Positions 28,454 through 40,808 of a stretch of 64,000 bases of DNA are shown piece by piece. A program made the position numbers and the translations under genes. The DNA is from an uncultured Solirubrobacteraceae bacterium. GTDB lineage: Bacteria > Actinomycetota > Thermoleophilia > Solirubrobacterales > Solirubrobacteraceae. The notes below the pieces were generated by a model that had not been told where the DNA came from, made no database searches, and was given only the letters and a program-made list of their open reading frames with translations. How positions within the stretch are numbered: position 1 is the stretch's first letter; each line of letters begins with the position of its first letter. Location: assembly GCA_963794635.1 (NCBI GenBank), contig CAWCET010000006.1, forward strand, positions 392,469 through 456,468. Direction: 5' to 3'.

Positions 28454-28837
28454 ATGGCTGACTACACCGCGAAGCGCATAGATGACATGCAGGCGACTCA
28501 TGGGGGCGGCTTCGTCTTGGCGCGAGCCGAGCTCGGGGTGACGGCGTTCGGGATGCAGGTGATCCAGATGCCGCCCGGGTTCGACGGCTATCCCGACCAC
28601 GACCACGCCGAAAGCGGCCAGGAAGAGGTCTTCGCCGTTCTCTCCGGGTCGGGGTGGATGGAGATGGACGGCGAGCGCGTGGAGATGGACGGCGGCACGC
28701 TGATCCGCGTCGGGCCGGACACCAAACGCAAGGTGCTCGCCGGTCCCGAAGGGATCCGGATGCTGATCGTCGGCTGCGCGCCGGGCGAGCCCTACAAGAT
28801 CGCCGAAGGCACCGAACTCGAAGCGATCGAGGGCTAG
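28454..28837 (+). CDS. cupin-domain protein
   Basis: 127 aa with a DHDHAESGQEEVFAVLSG cupin motif. Confidence 0.7.
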   Translation: MADYTAKRIDDMQATHGGGFVLARAELGVTAFGMQVIQMPPGFDGYPDHDHAESGQEEVFAVLSGSGWMEMDGERVEMDGGTLIRVGPDTKRKVLAGPEGIRMLIVGCAPGEPYKIAEGTELEAIEG

Positions 28838-28844
28838 CGGGGCG

Positions 28845-29962
28845 TCAGCGCGGGAAGCTCGTGCGCGCGGTGAGCCGCGCCGCGAAGCCCGCGAGGAGCC
28901 GCACAGCCGCGTCGATGTCGGCGAGGTCGACCAGTTCGACCGGCGAGTGCATGTAGCGAACCGGAACGCTGACCAGGCCGGTCGCGACGCCGCCACGGCT
29001 GAGGTGGACGGCGTCCGCGTCGGTGCCCGTCGCGCGCCCGGAGGCCTCGACGGTGAACGGGATCTTCTCGGCCTCCGCGGTGTCGTGCAGCAGCTCGAAC
29101 ACGGCGGGGTTCAAAAACGAGCCGCGGCCGATCGTCGCGCCCGAGCCGAGCGAGTGCGAGCCCTCGGACTTCACGTCGATGCCCGGCGCGTCGGTCGCGT
29201 GGGTGACGTCCAGCACGATCGCGACATCGGGCTCGAGCGAGAAGGCGCTCGTCCGCGAGCCCCCGAAGGTCGTCTCCTCCTGCGCAGCGGCGACGGCGAC
29301 GACCTCCCAGGCGCTGCCGCCCTTCTCGGCGACCCGCCGGGCGGCCTCGAGCGCGACGTAGGAGCCGATGCGGTTGTCCAGCGCGCGTGAGGCGAGCCGC
29401 CCGTTCGGCAGCTCGACGGGATCGGCGTCGATCACGGCGACGTCGCCGACTCGCACCATCTCGCGCGCCTGCTCCCCGTCCTTCGCACCGATGTCGATGT
29501 GCAGCTCGCGCAGCTCGGCGACCTTTTTGCGCTCCTCGCCGCGCAGCAGGTGGATCGGCTTCTTTCCGACGACCCCTTTGATCGGCCCGCCGCGGGTCTC
29601 GAGCACGACGCGCTGGCCGATCAGGATCTGCGGGTCCCAGCCGCCGACTTCGCCGAACCACAGGAAGCCGTCGTCGTCGATGTGGGTGACGATCAGCCCG
29701 ATCTCGTCGATGTGGCCCATGAAGACGAGCCGCGGGGCCCGGCCGCGCGTGCCTTTGCGGGCGCCGACGCGTGCGAGCGGCGTTCCCACCGCGTCGGTCG
29801 AGCCCTCCGCGAAGGGCTTCGCATAATCGAGCCAGGCGGACGCCGCCGCCTGCTCGTAGCCGGACGGGCCGGGGGTCGTGAGCAGGCTGCGCAGCAGCTC
29901 GGGCACGGCCGGCCCGGCGGCGCGCCGGCTTGTCCGGCGGGCGGGTTTCCTCGGCGCGGGGC

Positions 29963-29966
<4 letters not shown>
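28845..29966 (-). CDS. M42-family metallopeptidase (glutamyl aminopeptidase/endoglucanase-like)
   Basis: [39 protein letters not shown]... Typical M42 order. The start overlaps the acnA stop (ATGA). Confidence 0.85.
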
Positions 29967-32815
<2,849 letters not shown>

Positions 32816-32945
32816 CTCGACTCCCGAAGCTCGCCGTTGACCCAAACGGCTCGCAGTCTCGCAGAGTCACGTCGAGAAGCCGGTGCCAGACGGCGCTCGC
32901 GGCGCCGGATCGCCTGCCCGGACGGGAGCGGACGCGGGTCGCGGC

Positions 32946-33980
32946 TCAGCTCGGCGCGCCGGCCGCGCGGGTGACGCGTCCCTTGCCCTGGCGCTTGGAG
33001 CGCAGGAGCGCCGCGTCGCAGGCGGCGAGGAGCTCGTCGGTGCTCATCGGCGGCTGCCATTGGGCCACGCCGATCGAAGCCGACACGCCTTCGCCGCCGG
33101 CATAAGACGGGAGCCCGCGCAGACTGTCGAGGGCCCTGTTGGCCGCGGCGGCGGCGCTCTCCAGGGCGGCGTTCGGCAGGATCACGACGAACTCGTCGCC
33201 GCCGTAACGCGCGACGCGGTCGAAGGCGCGGAACTCGCCCACCAGCGCGCGCACCACCTCGCGCAACATCGCGTCGCCGGCGGGGTGGCCGTGCCAGTCG
33301 TTGACGAGCTTGAAGTCATCGAGGTCGATCAACAGGCACGAGAGCGGGCCGCCGGTGCGCATCGCGCGGCCGATCTCCTCATCCAGGCGGCGGCGCATCG
33401 CGCGGTGGTTCATGCAGCCGGTGACGGCGTCCGTGCCGGCCTCCGAGCGCGCCCTCACGAGGGCGAGCGCCGTAGCGCCCTGCTCGACCAGCGTGCGGGC
33501 GAGGTCCACCGCACCGGGCTCGTAGATCGCCGCGACGCGGCGCACGAGGAGCACGACCGCGTCGACCTCGGCACGCTCGACGATCGGCAGCAGCAGCACG
33601 CAGCTCATCTCGCCGGTCGCGGTGAGCCGCGGGACGCTGGCGGCGAATTCCTCCGCGTCGGCGGCGAGGAAGCTCCGGCGCGTGCGGGCGACCCAGCTGA
33701 CGCCGGGAGGGCGCTCCGCGCGAGAAGCGAGGTAGCTGACCCGGCCCTCCGCCTCGAACAGGTAGACGTCCACGAGGTCGTCGCTCGCGCCGTTCCGGGC
33801 GAGGTGGTGGATGTGCACCTCCTCGGCGCCGGGCGTCTCCAGCAGCTCGCGGGCGAGCGCGCGGAAGATCGCGTCCGGGTCCGTGACGCCGTCGGCGAGC
33901 GCCGTCAGCCGCCGTATCCCCGCCAGGACCCGCTCCACACCCCCGGACGCCGAGGTATCCGTACCTGAAACGACATCCAT
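32946..33980 (-). CDS. GAF-domain diguanylate cyclase (GGDEF)
   Basis: N-terminal GAF-like region. LLIDLDDFKLVNDWHGHPAGDAML and RAFDRVARYGGDEF (RxxD I-site plus intact GGDEF). Confidence 0.85.
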   Translation of the reverse strand: MDVVSGTDTSASGGVERVLAGIRRLTALADGVTDPDAIFRALARELLETPGAEEVHIHHLARNGASDDLVDVYLFEAEGRVSYLASRAERPPGVSWVARTRRSFLAADAEEFAASVPRLTATGEMSCVLLLPIVERAEVDAVVLLVRRVAAIYEPGAVDLARTLVEQGATALALVRARSEAGTDAVTGCMNHRAMRRRLDEEIGRAMRTGGPLSCLLIDLDDFKLVNDWHGHPAGDAMLREVVRALVGEFRAFDRVARYGGDEFVVILPNAALESAAAAANRALDSLRGLPSYAGGEGVSASIGVAQWQPPMSTDELLAACDAALLRSKRQGKGRVTRAAGAPS

Positions 33981-34138
33981 ACCCCCAATTTACGCCATCG
34001 GCGGGCGGCTGTGACAAAGGCGTGCGCGGCCCGTCACATTCCTACTCGAATCTACGCAGGAGTCGCCAAAACGACGGGCGGACACCGACCGTGACCGGCT
34101 GGCCGCCCGGGCAGGTGCGGCGCAGAGGACGGGCGAAA

Positions 34139-34166
34139 GGGGGCGCGGGCTCCGGCCCGCGCCCCC
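34139..34166 (-). terminator. intrinsic terminator-like hairpin downstream of the large secreted-protein gene
   Basis: GGGGGCGCGGGC-TCCG-GCCCGCGCCCCC is a perfect 12-bp stem 6 nt after the stop. It is followed on the minus strand by TTTCGCC. Confidence 0.6.
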
Positions 34167-34172
34167 GCTCGC

Positions 34173-37100
34173 TCAGTGGAAGCTGACCTTGGTGGTCGCG
34201 ACGGAGTGCTTGCCCTTCTTGGGCACGAACCCGACGCGGACATGTACGGTCAGCGGCTTTTTGCCCTGACCCGAGCTGGTCAGCGGCACCTTCAGCGTGA
34301 CGTTCTGGAACGCCTTCTTGGCTTTCTTCGTCGTGGTGCGCAGGTAGATGCCGCTCACGCTGACGCGACCCGCCGCCGGCACCCGAGCCGTGATGTAGAC
34401 CAGGTTGCCCACCACCTTGCGGCCCACGATCTCAACAGGGCACCCGGCCACGTTGATGATCGTGTTCTGTTTGAACGTCTTGCCGTTCTGCGCGGTCATC
34501 GTGGTCGGCATGACCAGCGATTTGGCGCAGATGTTCCCGTAGGCCGCCAGCGCGCTGTGCGAGCCGATCGGCAGTTCGACGCGGACGCTCGATACCGGGA
34601 CATCCGGCGTCGAGGCGAACGTCGTGGTGGTGATGCTGTTTTTGATGTTGGTGTTGCCGACCAGGATCACCCTGAGGTGGTTCGGGTCTTCGACGACCAG
34701 ATCGAGGTCCGGGAACGCGGCGTTCGCGTGCGAGACCAGGATCGCCGGGCCGCGCAGCGGCTGGGGCAGCGTCGGGGTTTTCACCACGGCACCGCCGACG
34801 AACGAGCCGCTCGGGCAGCGCAGCGGGTTGACGTTGAACACCTGTTCGGTGCAGGCTTTCTGCAGCGTCGTCAGCCTCGAGGGCAGCGAGCGCGGCAGCT
34901 GGACCTTGACGGACTTGATGTTCGCCTGACCCGCGGCCTGCGTCACTTCGGTGACCAGCATCGCCCCGTTCGAGCGCGAGGTCCTCGCGTTCGAGTTCGC
35001 TTTGAACTTCGGCGCGAACTTCAGGGCGCTGCAGTTGGCCACCTGGAACGGCGATTCCGCGATGCTGCTGGCGGTCGCCCCGCCCGGTTCGAGCGTCGAG
35101 AACCCGCCGACCGTCGACACGGTTTTGAACGCGCCGCAGTTGGTCGGGTTGATCATGAACCCAGGCTTGTTGACCGCGATGCTGATGTTTTTGATGCGCA
35201 GCGGCACGCCGTCGCGGATCCTCGGCAGCGTGCTTTCCACGATCACCTGCGAGGTGTACGGGTCGACCGTGATCCCTGCGCGGGTCACGACCGTGCCGAA
35301 GTTGAAGGGCCCGGCGATCGCCGGAACCTTGATCGACAGGCCGTACGGCGAGCCGTTGTAGGGACCGGTCAGGTAGACCGGGCCGCTGAACGAGAACGGC
35401 TGGCTGCCGGAGCCCGCGAGCACCGTCGCCGTGCCGATCTGGCTCGTCGTCGGGCAGGCGGCCGATTCGCTCGACGCAGCCGGTTCCTGGCAGCGTTCGG
35501 CGAGCGAGATCTTGCCGACGAGACCCGGCGGCAGCTCTGTCTTGACCGAGCTGACGTACTGTTCGCCGTCGTTGCGGGCGAGGTTGAACGTGAAGTTCGT
35601 GCTCGCACCGCCGTTGCCGTTGCTGAGCTGCGTCGACTGGCCCGGTTTGAAGGGCGGGCCGGGGTTGCAGCCGGTGATCGGCTGGCCGAACGCGTCGGCT
35701 TTCAGCGTGCCCGGCGCCGCGGTCGATTCGAACACGGCCACGCCTTTCGCTTCACCGCAGATCAGCGGGTTGGCGATCGGCGCGAGGACGTTGCGGTTGA
35801 AGCTGATCGCGAGGTTCGTGAACGGCTGTTCGGGCGGGCTGCTGAACGTCGTCGTCACCTGCCCGGTCGCCAGGTCGGGGCTGACGTGCGCCACGAGGCG
35901 CACGGACACGCCGTACTTGGGCGAGTTCGCGACCACGTACATCGTGAACGGCGGGGCCGTGATGGGCCCGCCCTGGGGCTCACCCAGGTAGGCGGCTCCC
36001 GTCAGCGAGCCGTCCGGAAGCGTCGGGACGTTCAAAGTCACGGTGCCGATCTGCGACGCGGCCGGGCACCCGACACCGAACGCTTCGGTGAATTTTTCGG
36101 TGCCTTCGATTTCGTTCGCTTCGCTCGGTTTGCAGCCCGTGAGGCCGTTCGCGGCCGACGGGTTGAGCGTCATGCCGGCCGGCAACACGAATTTCGCCTG
36201 TTTGACCTGCGAGACGTCGTTCGCTTTCGGGTTGTGTTCGATCGAGGCTTCGGCCGTGAATTCGTTCGGCGAGTCCGTCGTCGTCGTCGACGGGTGGAAG
36301 CCGAAGTTGATCGGGAATTCGAGCAGGTTGCAGCCCGTCAGGCCGATCGGGGTCGTGAACGACGACCGGGTCGAGCCGACCGTGCCGGCTTCCGGACCCG
36401 CCAGGGCCGGGCCTTCGAGCGTCAGGTTCGTCGTGAGGTGACCCGGGCAGCTCGTGGCGTTCGTGATGAAGGCGCCGTTGCCGCTCTGGCCGTAGAACGT
36501 CAGTCGCGAGCGCAGCAGCGGCGGCGACGCGGCCGCTTCGATTTCGAAGTAGTCGTGGTAGTCGGCTTCGCCGGTGCCTTTGGCTTCTTTGCCCCATTCG
36601 ACGTTGCCTTTGATCAGCGTGTGCGAGTAGTACTGGCCTTCGATGAGCGCTTTTTCCGTCGCTTTTTTGGCGGCTTCTTTTTCCGGTTTGCCGCCGGGGA
36701 ACTCCGATTCCGGCAGCGGTTCGTTTTTGAAGTGTTCCGTCAGCTCCGCTTCGGTGAGGAATTTCGGGAGTTTGACGGCGACGCCGTACAGCGCGGCGAG
36801 GTGCGGGCCGCCGGGGCGCATGGTTTCGCTTTCGCTCGCTTCGAGGTCGTAGACGAGGCCTTCGACCGGAACATCACCGAAGCCTTCGGCTTTTTCGACG
36901 TTCCCGGTGTAGATGGTGGCCTGCTGAAGGCCGATTTCGCTTTCTTCGCATGCCGCGTCAGGAGCCGCATAGAGGCCGGCCGACGCCAGCGGCGATGCTC
37001 CCGCCCCGCCTTCGTAGTCCGTCATCGAGCAGCGTTCGACCGCGAAGGGGTTGGTCGCGAGCCCCGGCGCGACATCCGTGCGGATGTGCGTCGTCGCCGC

Positions 37101-37421
37101 AGCCGGGATCTTGTCGGGGTAGTTGGTGCCGGGGATGCTCGCGACCAAGAAGTCGGTCACGCCGTAGGGCACGCGCCCGCCGGCCTGGGTGAAGCCTTCT
37201 TCTTCGGCTTCTTTGACCGTGATTTTCGCCTTCGGCTCTTCGAAGTCGAAGTGGAACGGCCCGGAGTTCGTCGCGACCGTTTCCTCGCCACATTCTTCTT
37301 CTGTGCAGTTCGTGGCGACGAACTTTTCGATCCCGATCGCCTGCGCTGCGCTTGGCAGCAGAACGGCGAGCGCGAGCCCGCAGACAAGCATCAACAACCA
37401 CACCCGTGCACGCGACCTCAT
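34173..37421 (-). CDS. 1082-aa secreted protein of repeated Cys-framed modules, unknown family
   Basis: ATG 37421 is preceded by GAGGAGGAGG. Signal peptide is MRSRARVWLLMLVCGLALAVLLPSAAQA. The internal repeated motif CP(A/T)xSQIGT occurs twice and NPxxC(G) recurs. The ORF-track start at 37604 is a 5' extension. Confidence 0.85.
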   Translation of the reverse strand: MRSRARVWLLMLVCGLALAVLLPSAAQAIGIEKFVATNCTEEECGEETVATNSGPFHFDFEEPKAKITVKEAEEEGFTQAGGRVPYGVTDFLVASIPGTNYPDKIPAAATTHIRTDVAPGLATNPFAVERCSMTDYEGGAGASPLASAGLYAAPDAACEESEIGLQQATIYTGNVEKAEGFGDVPVEGLVYDLEASESETMRPGGPHLAALYGVAVKLPKFLTEAELTEHFKNEPLPESEFPGGKPEKEAAKKATEKALIEGQYYSHTLIKGNVEWGKEAKGTGEADYHDYFEIEAAASPPLLRSRLTFYGQSGNGAFITNATSCPGHLTTNLTLEGPALAGPEAGTVGSTRSSFTTPIGLTGCNLLEFPINFGFHPSTTTTDSPNEFTAEASIEHNPKANDVSQVKQAKFVLPAGMTLNPSAANGLTGCKPSEANEIEGTEKFTEAFGVGCPAASQIGTVTLNVPTLPDGSLTGAAYLGEPQGGPITAPPFTMYVVANSPKYGVSVRLVAHVSPDLATGQVTTTFSSPPEQPFTNLAISFNRNVLAPIANPLICGEAKGVAVFESTAAPGTLKADAFGQPITGCNPGPPFKPGQSTQLSNGNGGASTNFTFNLARNDGEQYVSSVKTELPPGLVGKISLAERCQEPAASSESAACPTTSQIGTATVLAGSGSQPFSFSGPVYLTGPYNGSPYGLSIKVPAIAGPFNFGTVVTRAGITVDPYTSQVIVESTLPRIRDGVPLRIKNISIAVNKPGFMINPTNCGAFKTVSTVGGFSTLEPGGATASSIAESPFQVANCSALKFAPKFKANSNARTSRSNGAMLVTEVTQAAGQANIKSVKVQLPRSLPSRLTTLQKACTEQVFNVNPLRCPSGSFVGGAVVKTPTLPQPLRGPAILVSHANAAFPDLDLVVEDPNHLRVILVGNTNIKNSITTTTFASTPDVPVSSVRVELPIGSHSALAAYGNICAKSLVMPTTMTAQNGKTFKQNTIINVAGCPVEIVGRKVVGNLVYITARVPAAGRVSVSGIYLRTTTKKAKKAFQNVTLKVPLTSSGQGKKPLTVHVRVGFVPKKGKHSVATTKVSFH

Positions 37422-37469
37422 GCCAACCTCCTCCTCAAACGGACAGACATCCTCTACCCCTATGGAATC

Positions 37470-37493
37470 CCAAAATCCCGCAAAAGTTGCGGG
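37470..37493 (-). terminator. terminator-like hairpin between the GT39 gene and the large secreted-protein gene
   Basis: Minus strand reads CCCGCA-ACTTT-TGCGGG followed by ATTTTGGGATT. The stem is short (6 bp), so this is tentative. It could also be a leader structure. Confidence 0.35.
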
Positions 37494-37647
37494 CCTAGAC
37501 GGCCGTATTAGACGAACGCCGGGATTGTCCTTCCGTGGGCCCGGCGCCCCTCGGCGCATCCAGGCTTCTTTGAGGACGCTATTCGGATCCTCGGACACCA
37601 CCATACATGCCGGGCGGTCCGGAAACGCCGGGTTACGCGAATGTCGG

Positions 37648-39861
37648 TTAGGAGGTTGCGGCTTCGATCGCCGCGGCCTGGCCCTGGCAGTCGTAGAGCG
37701 TGCCCGCGGAGGAGCTCGAGGAGGAGGATTCCGACCCGCCGACGGTGACGCGCGTGCACGCTTTCGCGACCGCCGCGAAGGCCTTGCGAGAGCCTTCGCG
37801 CCCGTCGCCGGCGCGCCCGCCGGGGCCGCGCGCCGAGCCGGTGGAGCCCGAGCCGAACAGCGTCTGTCCGGTCCCGCCGGTGCCCGAGGAGCCCGTCGTG
37901 CCTGAGGAGCCAGAGCCGAACAGAGCCTGCCCGCCGGTGCTCGCTCCCGAGGATTCTTCGTCGAGCACCCAGCGGATCTTGCCGTCGCGGACCTCCTGGG
38001 CCAGCCAGCTCACCGAGACGCTGCTCTCGCGTCCGGAGAACCCGCCGATCCCGGCCACGTCGGCGGCGTCGGAGATGATCGAGCCGGCGGCGCTCGACTG
38101 GCTGGAGACGGCGATCGTGCCGCCCCCGTGGGCCTTGACGTAGGCGAGGACCTCGGAGCTGATCGAGTTCCCGAACGCCCCGCCGCCCGGCGCTCCGCCG
38201 CTGCGCGCGGTCCCCGACCGGGAACCGGAGCCCGCACCTCCGGGTGCGAAGCCGCCCGCGCCGGAGAACCCGCCGGGAGGGCCGAAGCCCGCGCCGGCCG
38301 TGCCTCCCGGGGGAGCGAAGGAGCCCGACCCGGCGCCGCCGCCCGGCCCGCCGCCCGCGCCGGGGCGCGCAGCGCCGCCGGGGCCGCCGAAGCCCGAGGT
38401 CGCGACGATCGAGGGGCCGCCTTCGGGGAAGCTCCCTGTCTCCGAGCGCCCGAGCGTCTGAACGGACCAGATCGCGGGGGCGACCATCAGCACGGCGCCT
38501 GCGAGCACCGCCGCGGCCAGGCGCCACGAGCGGCGCCCGGCGAACGCGAGCACGGCGGCGGCGAGGAGGGCGAGGGCGATCAGCACGGGCACGAGCCAGC
38601 GCAGCTGACCCGGGTAGTCGCCGAGCACCGCGAGCTCGGTGGCGACACCGGCCGCGATCGCGAGCGGAGCGAGGATGCGCCCGTGCTCGCGCCCGGAGGC
38701 GAAGTGCGCGACCCCGGCCCCCACCAGCGCGGCGGCGAACGGGGCGAGCAGGGAGACGTAGTAGGGGTGGAAGATGCCGCTCGCGAAGCTGAACAGCACG
38801 GCGGTGGTGACGAAGGCGCCCCCGACCGCGAGCAGCCAGCCGGTGCGCGCGTCGGTGCGGCGCAGGCGGCTCGCGAGGAGCAGGGCCAGCGCGCTGAGCG
38901 CCGCGAAGCCGAGCAGCCAGCCCCCCTGGCCTCCGAGCGCGGAGTTCAAGAGGCGCAGCGGCCCGGTCGTACCGCCGAACTGGGTGCCGCCCCCGAGGCC
39001 GCCCGGCCCACCGGCCTGGCCGTCGACCCGCCCGACGCCGTTGTATTCGAAGATCAGCGAGAGCACACGGTTGTCGCTCGTGCCGGAGATCCAGGGCCGC
39101 TGCGAGGCGGGGGTGAGTTCGACCAGCAGCGGCCACGCGCCGCCGACGATCGTCATCGCGGCGCCGCCGGCGAGCAGCTGTCCCATCGCGCGCAGCCGCG
39201 AGCGCCCGCCCGGCGCGCACCACAGCCATGCGAGCGCGATCCCGGGCACCACGACGAGGGCGACGAGCATCTTGGTCTCGAAGCCGAGGCCGACGCAGAT
39301 GCCGGCGAGGACGAGCCATCGCGTGCGGCCGTCCTCGAGCCCGCGGACGGTGAACCAGAGCGCCGCGACCGAGCAGAGCACGAGCAGCGCGTCGGGGTTG
39401 TTGTAACGGAAGATCGCGACCGTGATCGGGGTCAGCGCCAGGGCGAGGCCGGCGACCGCGCCGCCCAGGCGCCCGAAGCGGCGCCGGACGAGGTCGTAGG
39501 TGAGCCCGACCGCGGCGACGCCCATCAGCGCCTGCGGCACGAGCATCGCCAGCGGGTGGTAGCCGAAGACGCGCACCGAGAGCGCCTGCACCCACAGGGA
39601 CAGCGGCGGCTTGTCGACGGTCATGACGCCGCTCGGGTCCAGCGAGGCGAACAGGAAGTTGTGCCAGCTCGTGCTCATCGAGCGCACGGCGGCGCTGTAG
39701 TAGTCGTTCGCCCACCCGTTGCGGCTGAGCGCCCAGAGGTTCAGGACGGCGGCGAGCGCGAGCAGGCCGAGCAGCTCGGGGCGGGGGGCGCGCAGGGCGA
39801 TGCGGCGCGTGCGCTCGGAGGGCAGGCCGGTGAGGGGTGCGGTGGCGGAGGGAGAGCTCAT
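37648..39861 (-). CDS. GT39-family (ArnT/PMT_2-like) membrane glycosyltransferase with a Gly/Ser-rich C-terminal extracytoplasmic region
   Basis: 737 aa, multi-TM N-terminal half with the motif VMTVDKPPLSLWVQAL. The C-terminal ~250 aa are Gly/Ser-rich with a folded segment (VLAYVKAHGGGTIAVSSQSSAAG...IRWVL). Confidence 0.85.
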   Translation of the reverse strand: MSSPSATAPLTGLPSERTRRIALRAPRPELLGLLALAAVLNLWALSRNGWANDYYSAAVRSMSTSWHNFLFASLDPSGVMTVDKPPLSLWVQALSVRVFGYHPLAMLVPQALMGVAAVGLTYDLVRRRFGRLGGAVAGLALALTPITVAIFRYNNPDALLVLCSVAALWFTVRGLEDGRTRWLVLAGICVGLGFETKMLVALVVVPGIALAWLWCAPGGRSRLRAMGQLLAGGAAMTIVGGAWPLLVELTPASQRPWISGTSDNRVLSLIFEYNGVGRVDGQAGGPGGLGGGTQFGGTTGPLRLLNSALGGQGGWLLGFAALSALALLLASRLRRTDARTGWLLAVGGAFVTTAVLFSFASGIFHPYYVSLLAPFAAALVGAGVAHFASGREHGRILAPLAIAAGVATELAVLGDYPGQLRWLVPVLIALALLAAAVLAFAGRRSWRLAAAVLAGAVLMVAPAIWSVQTLGRSETGSFPEGGPSIVATSGFGGPGGAARPGAGGGPGGGAGSGSFAPPGGTAGAGFGPPGGFSGAGGFAPGGAGSGSRSGTARSGGAPGGGAFGNSISSEVLAYVKAHGGGTIAVSSQSSAAGSIISDAADVAGIGGFSGRESSVSVSWLAQEVRDGKIRWVLDEESSGASTGGQALFGSGSSGTTGSSGTGGTGQTLFGSGSTGSARGPGGRAGDGREGSRKAFAAVAKACTRVTVGGSESSSSSSSAGTLYDCQGQAAAIEAATS

Positions 39862-39992
39862 GGCCGTGCAGATTGGCGGCCGGGGGTGTGAGGCGTATTG
39901 GCCGAACCTCAGAGCTTCCTGAGAGGGGGAGGAGAACGGATCCCGCGGGGCTCAGGAGCCCTTGGCACCCGTGGGGCGTCTGCGCGGCAGAC

Positions 39993-40727
39993 TCAGTCGA
40001 TCAGGCGCCGCCCGAGCTGAGAGATGGCAAGGCGCCACATCAGCAAGGCAAAGCCGATCAGCACCGCGGCGTGGCCGAGGTCGGCCGGGCCGAGTTCCCC
40101 GAAGCAGGCGTTGCGTATCAATTGCACGCAGTGGTAGAGCGGGTTGATGTAGGCGACCTGACGGACGCCCTCCGGCAGCTTTTCGACCGGGAAGAAGGTG
40201 CCGGCGACGAGGAACATCGGCGTGAGCACGGCGCTGGTGACGTAGTTGAAGTTGTCGATCGTCTTCGCGACCGCGGCGATCGCGACGCCGAACGAGCAGA
40301 AGCCGAAGCCGGTCACGAAGCCGATCAGCGGTACGAGCAGCATCCCCCACGCGGGTTCCAACCCGAAGAAGAAGCCGACGATCAGCGGCGCGACGCCGTA
40401 GACGCCGGCCCGGATCGAGACCCACAGCACCTCGGCGGTGATCAGCTCTTCGACGTCGACCGGGGCCGCCAGCATCGCGTCGTATGTGCGCTGGAACTGC
40501 CAGCGCACGAACGTGTTGAACATGCCCGGGAACGCAGAGGAGAACAGCACCGCAGTCGCGACGACACCGGTCGACACGTAAGCCACGTAGCTGACGCCCG
40601 CGATCTGCGGAATGAAGGCGCGGATGCCCAGCCCGAACGCGAGCAGGTAGATCGTCGGCTGCACGATCGAGGAGAAGGTCGTCGCCTTCCAGTAGCGGCC
40701 GAAGATCGAGATGTCGCGGCTCATCAC
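39993..40727 (-). CDS. ABC-2-type transporter permease (NodJ/DrrB-like)
   Basis: 244 aa with 6 TM segments. N-terminal FGRYWKATTFSSIVQPTIYLLAFGLG is typical of ABC-2 permeases. The start is uncertain (see findings). Confidence 0.8.
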   Translation of the reverse strand: MMSRDISIFGRYWKATTFSSIVQPTIYLLAFGLGIRAFIPQIAGVSYVAYVSTGVVATAVLFSSAFPGMFNTFVRWQFQRTYDAMLAAPVDVEELITAEVLWVSIRAGVYGVAPLIVGFFFGLEPAWGMLLVPLIGFVTGFGFCSFGVAIAAVAKTIDNFNYVTSAVLTPMFLVAGTFFPVEKLPEGVRQVAYINPLYHCVQLIRNACFGELGPADLGHAAVLIGFALLMWRLAISQLGRRLID

Positions 40728-40808
40728 GCCCGTAGAGCGCCGCCGGTTCCAGGCGCCCCACGCGCACGCGCACCGTCTCGATCCGGGGTGGTGCGACGTC
40801 TGCGGTGC

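Noticed and set aside
34010-34038. TGTGAC-N17-GTCACA inverted repeat upstream of the GAF-GGDEF gene, considered as a CRP/FNR-type site
   Set aside because: CRP/FNR sites have TGTGA-N6-TCACA spacing. A 17-nt spacer does not fit, and a 6-bp stem with a 17-nt loop is a poor hairpin.
34176-37511. 1111-aa plus-strand ORF antisense to the large secreted-protein gene
   Set aside because: Translation is Arg/Gly/Phe/Asp-rich nonsense with no signal peptide or motifs. The minus-strand frame has an SD, a signal peptide, a terminator and internal protein repeats.
37648-39861. Calling the GT39 gene a bona fide protein O-mannosyltransferase (Pmt)
   Set aside because: The visible motifs fit the broader ArnT/PMT_2-type GT39 group. 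The acceptor (protein, lipid or glycan) cannot be determined from sequence alone.
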